The translations under genes were made by a program, and so were the position numbers. The notes below the pieces were generated by a model that made no database searches, was not told the DNA's origin, and worked only from the letters and a program-made list of their open reading frames with translations. From a virus (taxonomy: Duplodnaviria > Caudoviricetes): a DNA stretch of 64,000 nt. The DNA lies in the IMG/VR virus record IMGVR_UViG_3300031629_000002, positions 343 through 64,342 of that record. The stretch is one strand, 5' to 3'. Below, piece by piece: positions 29,216 to 37,518 of the stretch (positions are counted from its first letter, which is position 1; each line of letters begins with the position of its first letter).

Positions 29216-29637
29216 TCCTCCGTATAATCGTGTATGATGCCGTCTTCATACATGCGTTCCCAAAATCCTTTGGCCGATTCAATCACATCTTGCCCCATAA
29301 CCTTTGAGTCGGGATTCATTTTCTCATGCTCTCGCATTTCAGCAATCATTTGCACCAAAGCCTCACGCCCCTTACCCTTCCCTCTCATAGAAGGATCTAT
29401 CTCAAAGTATGGAATGCGTGCCCCAATGTGAGTTCCGTTCCCCGTTGTATAGTCAGCACGGCGGTGAAGACCCCAAGCCTTCGGGTTCGCTTCATCATCA
29501 ACCCAAAAGTCATCTCTTTTTTGGTGTTCAAAGTCGGAAACAGAACCCATAACCCCATCCCATGCCTTTTTTGGTAATTTGTCGGGGGCGACAAAGGGCA
29601 TTTTCAGTAAAGCCCAAGCGGTGATGAAAGCGGTCAT
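29212..29637 (-). CDS. Signal-motif protein: GNAT acetyltransferase
   Basis: MTAFITAWALLK-MP; FEIDPSMRGKGKGREAL...SAKGFWERM. Confidence 0.75.
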   Translation of the reverse strand: MTAFITAWALLKMPFVAPDKLPKKAWDGVMGSVSDFEHQKRDDFWVDDEANPKAWGLHRRADYTTGNGTHIGARIPYFEIDPSMRGKGKGREALVQMIAEMREHEKMNPDSKVMGQDVIESAKGFWERMYEDGIIHDYTEE

Positions 29638-30155
29638 ATTCCAAGCCCCTCCAAGATTTCTCGAACCATAGCCTCGTATGCTTCCGGGTCTAATCCACTT
29701 TCAGTCCTTGAAGGGAATTGTTGCATTACCTTGAGATTCTCCGGCCTAATAGTCCGGGGACTCCTTTGGTGTCCAGTAAAATATCCATAATCCGGCATCC
29801 AGTCTTCATACTGACCGGCGTGAAGTAAAACAGGCGTTTCATGTCCATTTGCATAATTCGCTAAGTCCTCGGCATTAGCATGGTCTTCATCGGCACCATA
29901 TATCCACTCGCCATCCCACAAATCTTCAACCTTGTCCATCCCGTAATAGTCAGCCTGTCGTTTCAAATGAGCCTCCGCTTCATCACGGTCGTAGTCGTGG
30001 TATTCCTCAAGGTCGGTTAAAGCCTCCTTCAACCCTGCATTAGTCCCATTATGAATTGGTTTCAAACCCTCCGACATAATCGAAGGCAGGTTTGAAGCAT
30101 CCGTCATATGATACGGCATTTTCAAAAGAGCAAAGGCGTCATCAAAAGCGGTCAT
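29634..30155 (-). CDS. Signal-motif protein: putative ART-fold (Tpt1/KptA/DarT-like N-terminus) domain
   Basis: MTAFDDAFALLK-MPYHMTDASNLPSIMSEGLKP ... IRPENL. Confidence 0.65.
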   Translation of the reverse strand: MTAFDDAFALLKMPYHMTDASNLPSIMSEGLKPIHNGTNAGLKEALTDLEEYHDYDRDEAEAHLKRQADYYGMDKVEDLWDGEWIYGADEDHANAEDLANYANGHETPVLLHAGQYEDWMPDYGYFTGHQRSPRTIRPENLKVMQQFPSRTESGLDPEAYEAMVREILEGLGI

Positions 30156-30778
30156 ATCCAACTACTCCTACCATGAACGGCGTTATACCACTTCTCTTCC
30201 GATTCTTCCTCTTCCATAGCCCGTTGAGCATTCCATCTCGCCCTCTCGCCCATAGTTTGCGCTTGCCTATCGGGGCGAATACCACCATCAACAAGATCCT
30301 CTAAAATCCTTTCAATACCCTTGGTGTCTTGAACCTGCGGGTGCCTAAGTATCTGATCCATCCTGTTTTTAGGCTCATAGTGAGCATCTTGGGCGGATTC
30401 GCCAGCGTAAGCACCATACTCTTGGGCAATACTATTATTCCGCAAAGAAGGCTCAACACTGTGAATCGCTTGATGGGTGGCCTCATGCGCCGAAATCCTA
30501 CCAATCTTGGTAGCCATCGACCGTTGCTGGGCCGCATCGAACTCACGGTCTTTACGACGACCGATATTAGAAGGATGAACACGGGAACGGGAATAAGAAC
30601 CATCTATCCCCAATTCAGCACCACCTACCAAATCATCATCTTCCGGCGATAACTCGAAATCCTGCGCCCCTATGTGCTTACGATCAAGGAAACCAAACTC
30701 ATCAGTAGGCATAGCACGGTATTCCTCCTTGCTTGCGCTCTCCTTGAACAATTGCCAAGCGGTGTCAAATGCGCTCAT
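30152..30778 (-). CDS. Signal-motif protein: HExxH metallopeptidase-like
   Basis: MSAFDTAWQLFK; AHEATHQAIH...AQEYGAY. Confidence 0.7.
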   Translation of the reverse strand: MSAFDTAWQLFKESASKEEYRAMPTDEFGFLDRKHIGAQDFELSPEDDDLVGGAELGIDGSYSRSRVHPSNIGRRKDREFDAAQQRSMATKIGRISAHEATHQAIHSVEPSLRNNSIAQEYGAYAGESAQDAHYEPKNRMDQILRHPQVQDTKGIERILEDLVDGGIRPDRQAQTMGERARWNAQRAMEEEESEEKWYNAVHGRSSWI

Positions 30779-31299
30779 GGGGCATCATCCTCTTGCATCC
30801 AAGCAGGTTGCTCTTGAGTAGTAGGAACTTGAACCACCCTCTCCGGTGGTATTTGATTTGGGAATATAGTAAAATTGCCGAATATGTCTTTTTTGTTTTG
30901 CTGTTCCAAACCCCCACCTCTAACTCCGAACATAGTAGGCTCACTTGCGTTCCTCTCTCCGGCAATATCGGCATATTGTTGGGAGGTAGGCTTTTCGGGA
31001 GATGTATATACTCCTTCGCCATAATTACCACCCGATGGTTGTAACCCATCCTGTTTAATTCGGTTTGTCATACTTTCCTGTTGTAAGGGTAACTTCTTTG
31101 GAAAAAGCCGCCTAAAAGGATTCCGAGTATTCATATTACGCCTCATATTGGCGTCCATTTCTTCGAGGTTGGTGTGTCTCTTTTCACTCGTTCCATGATA
31201 ATGTGTGACAGGCCCATGACTACTGGGAAAATCCTCATGGTGTTCACCCAATTCAGTTTGGCGTTTTATTAACAACCAAGCGGTGTCGAAAGCGGTCAT
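30775..31299 (-). CDS. Signal-motif protein: putative ADP-ribosyltransferase (PARP/DTX-like H-Y)
   Basis: MTAFDTAWLLIK; YHGTS...IKQDGLQPSGGNYGEGVYTSPEKPTSQQYA...IPPERV. Confidence 0.75.
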   Translation of the reverse strand: MTAFDTAWLLIKRQTELGEHHEDFPSSHGPVTHYHGTSEKRHTNLEEMDANMRRNMNTRNPFRRLFPKKLPLQQESMTNRIKQDGLQPSGGNYGEGVYTSPEKPTSQQYADIAGERNASEPTMFGVRGGGLEQQNKKDIFGNFTIFPNQIPPERVVQVPTTQEQPAWMQEDDAP

Positions 31300-31799
31300 T
31301 CCCAATCACCCTCACTTTCTGTTAATGAACGGTGGTATTGCTCCCCTTGAGCGTGCCCTAATTCCATACCCTCCGATGAACGACCTTGCTCAACGAACAA
31401 ATCCCACGGCGATACACCATCCGGGCAACGGTGACGGTTCTCCCAACCGGCCATTTCGTTGTCATAGTCCTCATCGGGAGCAAGTCCGTGAATGAGATGG
31501 CGTTTCGGCGGCTCATCCAAATGTCGATGGCTCAAACCATCCGTTAGATTTTCAGCGCACCTCTCGCATATTGTTTCCGAGGTTCCCCGACCACCCACTT
31601 GACTTGGGTTTGTTTCCCCAGTAGGGGTCGCTGTATCGGGCTTGTGGCTATCCTTATCAAAATGAGGATAAAACGAAGTAAAGTCAAGGCTAAACAGCCC
31701 ACCGTCTTGTTCCATCCCTGCAACAGTGTCGGGAATGTGACCGTAAGGCGCAAAAGTAGATGACTTCACAATGCTCCAAGCCATTTCAAAAGCACTCAT
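31296..31799 (-). CDS. Signal-motif hypothetical protein
   Basis: MSAFEMAWSIVK-S; CERC...HRC. Confidence 0.7.
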   Translation of the reverse strand: MSAFEMAWSIVKSSTFAPYGHIPDTVAGMEQDGGLFSLDFTSFYPHFDKDSHKPDTATPTGETNPSQVGGRGTSETICERCAENLTDGLSHRHLDEPPKRHLIHGLAPDEDYDNEMAGWENRHRCPDGVSPWDLFVEQGRSSEGMELGHAQGEQYHRSLTESEGDWE

Positions 31800-32686
31800 C
31801 TCTTCACCACCCGTAGGATCTTACCCTTCGTTTCACGAACCTTATTGCGGAGCGTAGTGCGAAGGTCGGGATTCTTAATCCGATGAGCAAGAGCAATCGC
31901 TGGCTTCAAAGCATCCTCTTCAACGCCACAGGGAATGTTCATTTTCACGCACCAAGCAACAAGTTCCTCCGTCGCTAAATTGGCACCCGACTTCGGCATG
32001 AAGGGACAACCGCCCAAACCGCCAATACTCGAATCAAACTCTCGAACACCATGAAGGTAGGCCGTCTCAACATTCGCCATCAAGTGCTTACCCCTGTGAA
32101 GGTGAAGTCCTATGTTTCGTGTCAAGTCATACACCACATCTATACCAAGAGCGATGTCAAACGGCGTAGCATCACCCTCCGTGTCGCAAAGAACAATTTT
32201 ATCCCCAAATGTAAGGCCCGACTTAACAGCACTGGACAATTCATCCATACAACCGCCAAACGCCATCGAAATATACACACGAACCAATTTCGGGTCGATT
32301 CCCTCAAGTGCCTCAACATACCCTTTGAGTATGTTTTTAAGAGACAATCCGTAGTTCTCACGGTTGAAATCGTCATTAGGAGAGAAGAATATGTTGAAAT
32401 TAGTGGCTCCAACAGCCTTAGCACGGTCGATTCCACGCTTATTCGGTATCAATACTGAAAGGCCGACACTATTTGAAGAATCCATACAAACACCCGTATA
32501 AACAGCCTCCGCATCAGCCATGTTCGGAACTCGCTTCGGATGGACAAATGAGGTCACTTCGATCTGTTTCAGCCCCGCTTCTCGGAGAAGGGCAACCAGT
32601 TCGATTTTGTCGGCAGTATTTACCACATGTTCGAGGCCCTGCAAGCCATCACGGGGGCCAACCTCGAAAATGTGAACACCCGCCAT
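31796..32686 (-). CDS. hmgL: Hydroxymethylglutaryl-CoA lyase (DRE-TIM family)
   Basis: IFEVGPRDGLQ, IEVTSFV.PK.VP.MAD, LHLH, DSSIGGLGGCPF....ANLATE. Confidence 0.92.
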   Translation of the reverse strand: MAGVHIFEVGPRDGLQGLEHVVNTADKIELVALLREAGLKQIEVTSFVHPKRVPNMADAEAVYTGVCMDSSNSVGLSVLIPNKRGIDRAKAVGATNFNIFFSPNDDFNRENYGLSLKNILKGYVEALEGIDPKLVRVYISMAFGGCMDELSSAVKSGLTFGDKIVLCDTEGDATPFDIALGIDVVYDLTRNIGLHLHRGKHLMANVETAYLHGVREFDSSIGGLGGCPFMPKSGANLATEELVAWCVKMNIPCGVEEDALKPAIALAHRIKNPDLRTTLRNKVRETKGKILRVVKR

Positions 32687-33422
32687 GTTTCCTGCCTAAA
32701 CATAACTACCAAAAAAAGGATGGGGTGGTTCACCACGAAAAATGAGCCAAAAGAGGAAGGGCATGGAGTAAGCATGGGGATGCAGTTATTCGTGGCGAAC
32801 CATGTGGTGACAGGGGGCGATTCGATATGAAAATTGCGGTGTGTGATGTGTGATGTCAAAGGTGTGAGGACTGACAAAAAAAGTTCTCAATTTTATTCCG
32901 TTTAGCATCTGTGGTTAGGGAAGCCCGCACAAAAAAAAAAAAAATGTGCCCGTAAGCAAGCCTGTGGGTGTTTTTTTTGCGCCCCACACAGCCAATCACA
33001 CACGCCCACAGCATCACACATGGCCTCGCAGTGCCACGGTTAGCGGGCCGAGCCACCAATCACACACAGTATGGGGACGGCTGGGCGTAGGCCCAGCCCA
33101 CCGGCCCAGTGACCCGCAGTGTCACGGTTACGGGGCTATTTGAGGCCCATTCACACGCTAAACAGGCCCATTCATCCACGATCTGCCCTCATTTGGCCTG
33201 TTCCATGTGTGATTCGGTGCTTCGCTGGGTGACTTGACACATGTGTTGAGAGGTGTGGTTCTTCATGTGTGATTGGCCCAGCCATCGACAATCACACACC
33301 AATCACACATCACACAGATCCGTGGCAAAACCGAGTCCACGCCGAGCCTCACCGGAGTGTGTCCTGTTGTGGTTGTTATGGGTTGCTGGGTTGCATTCGA
33401 TTGCTGGTTGTTGGTGCTGTGC

Positions 33423-33479
33423 CATGTGCGTCGGGCATGTGTCATGCTCATGTCTCATGTCCCATGTCCATGTATCATG
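33423..33479. repeat. Array of eight CATG palindromes, mostly 6-7 bp apart
   Basis: CATG at 33423, 33436, 33443, 33449, 33456, 33463, 33469 and 33476. Confidence 0.85.
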
Positions 33480-33682
33480 TGGGCTACTATTATCACTTTA
33501 CTCACTTCTCTCTCTCTCTCTCTTCTCTCTCTCCCTATGTCCCTATACCCTTTAGGGCCTATTGATGATAGATGAAAGTGATGAAAGTGATGAAAGCCCC
33601 AGTGACCTTTGGTAAGGTGGCTGGAACTGGCTGTAAATGCCCTTGAATAGAACCGTGCTACTGTGGGCTTGTAGTAGCCGTT

Positions 33683-33698
33683 GGTTCATATAGGCCGG
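33683..33698 (+). promoter_or_regulatory. Putative early archaeal promoter (TATA box TTCATATA), leaderless transcript
   Basis: GGTTCATATAGGCCGG lies ~25 nt before ATG 33715; an identical 16-mer is at 37519. Confidence 0.65.
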
Positions 33699-33714
33699 AG
33701 GGTGTGGATGGGCC

Positions 33715-36570
33715 ATGTCGGAAGAGAACACCACATTGAAGCCCGCCCTTGAACTCCCCCTAACCGTTGCACTACGGGACTGGATGCCGGACATTGAGTC
33801 CCATGGTAACGACCCATCCCCGGAGCAATTGGTGTTCCTATCCCATCTCATCTCTCAAGCCCATGCTGGATTGCCAATCAAAGCGGCACTTGAATCGGTC
33901 GCAGGATCCGGCAAAACAACGGTGATTGACATGTCCTTCTACATTCTTGCTCATGCTCACCGTGCTGGTCGTCGATACAGCATCACAGCAACAGCCTTCA
34001 ACGGAACTATTGCGGCAGTAGTAGTGAATGCCATGAAGAAGTGGAAACCCGATGGTGCTGACTGGACAAGTGGCGGTGGAACTGGAACTCTCAACAGTCA
34101 TGGTAAGAAGTCACTGTTGAAGTTCTTTGAACATCCAATGGTCTTACAGAACAATCGCTACACATCCCTTGCTCGTATAGTGTCCTGTGACCTCCTTGCT
34201 GACCCAGTGCTTCGTGCTGACTATGAGAACAATATGCCATTGACTAAAGCAGGTAACAAGCGAGAGTCTTGGTCTTGGTTTGCTCTTGCTCGTTTCATCA
34301 AAGCGGCTACTGAAAAAGCGATGATGCAAGGATTCTTCACACCAGTAGGAACTAAGCCATCCGAAGAGGATTGGACTACCTACATGGACAGAAACCGTGA
34401 CTCCCTCCGAATATCCGACCATCCAGTCGGCCCACAGATCCTTGCTCAATTGCCATCTATCATTGAGCGTGTAATTGACCTTGGTATGTTCCACCTTGAG
34501 AACGAAGGGGAGATTGCCCAGTGTTCACCTAATGCTATGGTATTCCAACGCCGGGACCAGTATTCCGGTTTCTTACAAGCGGCATCCAATTACACTGATG
34601 CTGAACTATTGGAGAAGGGACTCCGTGTCATGCCACCAACCACCAAACAGAACGGTGGTTCATCAGTGGTCGCAGTTCCATTCACTTCTCGCAATTACCG
34701 CACTGGTAAGTTCACTGACCGTCGAATTGAGATTAGGTTTCCTAATGAGCATTTTGATATTGCTAAGGCCATCAAAGCATCATGTAAGAAGGCCAGCATG
34801 GACAAGACAGGACGCTTCACAATGTTTGGCACATCCAATGATGGCCCTTTCAGTCAAGAGAAGTGGGACAAGCGTTCTCAAGCGACCTTCCAATCCGATG
34901 AATGGGTCTTCTCCGTCAAGGATAATCAGCAGGATATTGATGGGTTCATCGCTACTGCTTTTGAGCATGGTATTGATGTCGCCCCAGCATTTGCTACTGG
35001 CAATCAATCCGATGCTACTGACGGTGAGTATGCGGCTACTTTCAGCCACTTGGATTGTATCTACGCCCCAGCATATTTCAACATCCCAGCATGGAGACAA
35101 TTTGATATGATGTTCTGTGATGAAGTGCAAGACATGTCCCCACTTCAACACGACCTACTGGCAGGACTTCTCGTCGATGGTGGTAATGTGGTTCTTGTTG
35201 GCGACCGTCGCCAATCACTGTATTTGTTCGCAGGAAGCGACAGTCGGTCATTTGACTACGGTGTTGAAACCTATGGCTGTGAATCCTTCCCAATGACAAT
35301 ATGCTGGCGACAAACTGTCACACTTGCTGATGAAGTATCACTACTCATCGGTAGCCGTGATGGACAGCGCACCATGTATGCCGACCACCGTTCACCAGTG
35401 GAACTCATCCCAACATGGAAACAAGGATCCTCATCCACTGTTCACCATGTCAATGCCTTGACTCAAAGCGTAGAGGTAGGAGACATGGTTCTGTGTCGTA
35501 TTACAGCCCCTCTTGTATCATATGCTGTCGCTACCCTCAAGCAAGGAATACCTGCCCGTTTAGCGGGTGGTGGCGACCTTGAATCACAGGTTCGTAACAT
35601 GTGGTCGGGTAAAGTCGGCATGAGCATGGTCGGTGTTGTTGATAAGAAATTGTCCGAACTTCAATCGTTCACCTCAAGACATGGACAAGGTGCTGACTAC
35701 CTATCCGCTTTGTTGCTCAAACTGACTCAACAGTGCAAGGGTGATTCTGTGCAAGCATCCAACCATGATGACTACCGAACTGCTACCGATATGATTGAGG
35801 CTACACTTGCTCTCGCTGACCGATACACCACCGAAGAATCAAACCCTACCAGCATTGGTTTCTGTGGCGATAACAAATCGGATTGGCTCTCTCAAATGTT
35901 CGTCGATCCAAATGAAACTGGCGAAGCATTCGTTCTGTTCTCATCAGTTCACCGTGCTAAAGGATTGGAGCGCAAGACTGTTCACATCATCACTGACCGC
36001 ATGGTTATTGATGCTCAAGGTGAAGAACGCCTGTCACCATGTTTCATGCTACCATGGTCGATGAACACATCGGCTGAAATTGATCAAGAACTCAACGCAG
36101 TATATGTTTGCATCACCCGTTCTATGGACACCCAGCGATACTACACCAACAACAAAATAGTGTCCACTGGCGATACTCCGAATGACCTTGAACATGCTAT
36201 GTGGATGCTCAACGGTGACGACATTGAGATGGGTTCATGGCCTGTGTCAAACGACGAGGATGAAGACGAGGACACCACTACACCTTCTCACATGTCAGTT
36301 CCAGATCCTTCTTTTGAGGACACATTCATGGTGCCTACTATGCCCCAATTTGCATGTGTCGCTGATAGCAAGGTGCTTCACTTAACCAATGATGCGGAGT
36401 TCGCTATGGACTTCATCCAGCAGGTTATGGGTGAGGATTATGATGTTGAAACATACCATGCTGGCACCGAAGTCGGTGGGCATTCAGTATGGATGACATC
36501 CGAGGTCATGGATGACGACATCACACAGGCTGTCGCAAGCCACTGGCAAGCGGCTCAAGAATGGATTTGA
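33715..36570 (+). CDS. UvrD/Rep-like superfamily 1 helicase with large insertion
   Basis: AGSGKTT, DEVQD, VGDRRQSLYLFAGS, SVHRAKGLE, YVCITRS. Confidence 0.9.
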   Translation: MSEENTTLKPALELPLTVALRDWMPDIESHGNDPSPEQLVFLSHLISQAHAGLPIKAALESVAGSGKTTVIDMSFYILAHAHRAGRRYSITATAFNGTIAAVVVNAMKKWKPDGADWTSGGGTGTLNSHGKKSLLKFFEHPMVLQNNRYTSLARIVSCDLLADPVLRADYENNMPLTKAGNKRESWSWFALARFIKAATEKAMMQGFFTPVGTKPSEEDWTTYMDRNRDSLRISDHPVGPQILAQLPSIIERVIDLGMFHLENEGEIAQCSPNAMVFQRRDQYSGFLQAASNYTDAELLEKGLRVMPPTTKQNGGSSVVAVPFTSRNYRTGKFTDRRIEIRFPNEHFDIAKAIKASCKKASMDKTGRFTMFGTSNDGPFSQEKWDKRSQATFQSDEWVFSVKDNQQDIDGFIATAFEHGIDVAPAFATGNQSDATDGEYAATFSHLDCIYAPAYFNIPAWRQFDMMFCDEVQDMSPLQHDLLAGLLVDGGNVVLVGDRRQSLYLFAGSDSRSFDYGVETYGCESFPMTICWRQTVTLADEVSLLIGSRDGQRTMYADHRSPVELIPTWKQGSSSTVHHVNALTQSVEVGDMVLCRITAPLVSYAVATLKQGIPARLAGGGDLESQVRNMWSGKVGMSMVGVVDKKLSELQSFTSRHGQGADYLSALLLKLTQQCKGDSVQASNHDDYRTATDMIEATLALADRYTTEESNPTSIGFCGDNKSDWLSQMFVDPNETGEAFVLFSSVHRAKGLERKTVHIITDRMVIDAQGEERLSPCFMLPWSMNTSAEIDQELNAVYVCITRSMDTQRYYTNNKIVSTGDTPNDLEHAMWMLNGDDIEMGSWPVSNDEDEDEDTTTPSHMSVPDPSFEDTFMVPTMPQFACVADSKVLHLTNDAEFAMDFIQQVMGEDYDVETYHAGTEVGGHSVWMTSEVMDDDITQAVASHWQAAQEWI

Positions 36571-36611
36571 AATACAGTGGACAGGATGCGACAAAACACG
36601 GAGGAATAGAT

Positions 36612-37094
36612 ATGGGATGTGAGCGAGCGAAACAATTGCGAAAGACTGGTGCTGACAACCAGCACATGATCGCCAAATACCTCAAGGTTCGACACACAGA
36701 TCTGAATGCCGAGGATGTATCAAGTGAAGGTTACGAAGGGCTGTGGTGCAAACTCCACGGAGCCGTTGGTGAGTTCCATTCTAAGGTGTCTAAGGCTGGG
36801 TGTGTGTGTTCTTTGAACTCCGCCCCATCTAAGACAGTTCGCCGTGCCAGCGTTCACTTCACCGTGCTGTCCAAGGATGGCACATCAATCGCCAAAGGAT
36901 GTTCCCAAACACCCCACTTTGATGGAGGAAAAGTGTTTCAATACACAGTCACCGATGGAGTCAGTGGTATGACACCAAGCACCGACCAACAACCAGCGAC
37001 TCTTGATCCACGGCACATTGGATGTGCCAATTGTATCAACCGAGTTCGTGCGGCTATGCGTCTCAACAATACACCACAAAACACGGAGGAATAA
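36612..37094 (+). CDS. Hypothetical Cys/His-containing protein
   Basis: GGAGG SD before ATG 36612. Confidence 0.6.
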   Translation: MGCERAKQLRKTGADNQHMIAKYLKVRHTDLNAEDVSSEGYEGLWCKLHGAVGEFHSKVSKAGCVCSLNSAPSKTVRRASVHFTVLSKDGTSIAKGCSQTPHFDGGKVFQYTVTDGVSGMTPSTDQQPATLDPRHIGCANCINRVRAAMRLNNTPQNTEE

Positions 37095-37096
37095 AT

Positions 37097-37327
37097 ATGC
37101 CAACACCAAGAATAATCAGCGATGTCAAAAAGAATCGCCAAACAGGAACACACATTCAAGTGGACTTTAGCATCAACGAAGGTGGATATTATCAAGCAAC
37201 ATGCTATGCTCACGGCCAGTATTGTAATTCGGACACACTGCGTTCTATTCGTCGCATAGCCACAGATCCACTTGGTTGGTGCAGTGGATGTGCCCAAGTA
37301 TTCGTTGATAATGGCGGGGTCTATTGA
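37097..37327 (+). CDS. Small putative Zn-binding protein
   Basis: GGAGG SD; CYAHG...WCSGC. Confidence 0.65.
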   Translation: MPTPRIISDVKKNRQTGTHIQVDFSINEGGYYQATCYAHGQYCNSDTLRSIRRIATDPLGWCSGCAQVFVDNGGVY

Positions 37328-37345
37328 ACACCACAAAGCACTCAA

Positions 37346-37437
37346 GGTCGGCCAGTAATGTTCTCATCATCCCCCTAAAACGGGGGCTGGTTTTGCTGGT
37401 CGGCCACTTATTTATTTGCGTTTAATTCTCTTTTTTT
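37346..37437 (+). terminator. Stem-loop followed by U-rich tract (terminator or structured RNA)
   Basis: GGTCGGCCAGTAA pairs with TTGCTGGTCGGCC (three G-U pairs); inner CCCCC/GGGGG hairpin; downstream TTCTCTTTTTTT. Confidence 0.5.
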
Positions 37438-37518
37438 GCACATTAACAAAAGAAAGACTATAAGCCGTCAGTGTCACCTGCGGCAGACACCGGACAGGCG
37501 GCCCCTTGAATATCGGGG

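Larger units (their letters stand above)
32687..33714. other. Long non-coding divergent region with simple repeats (candidate origin, terminus or packaging region)
   Basis: No credible ORF; strand switch point; ATCACAC/GTGTGAT repeats, poly-A, CATG array, (CT)n and (GATGAAAGT)x3. Confidence 0.6.

Noticed and set aside
22593-31799. CRISPR array, integron or diversity-generating retroelement as the explanation for the repeats
   Set aside because: The repeats are degenerate, protein-coding and separated by whole genes. I saw no attC-like palindromes, integrase, reverse transcriptase or TR/VR pair in the window.
32856-33575. Short ORFs in the central intergenic region
   Set aside because: Low-complexity translations of the repeats, with no SD or coupling and no recognisable motifs.
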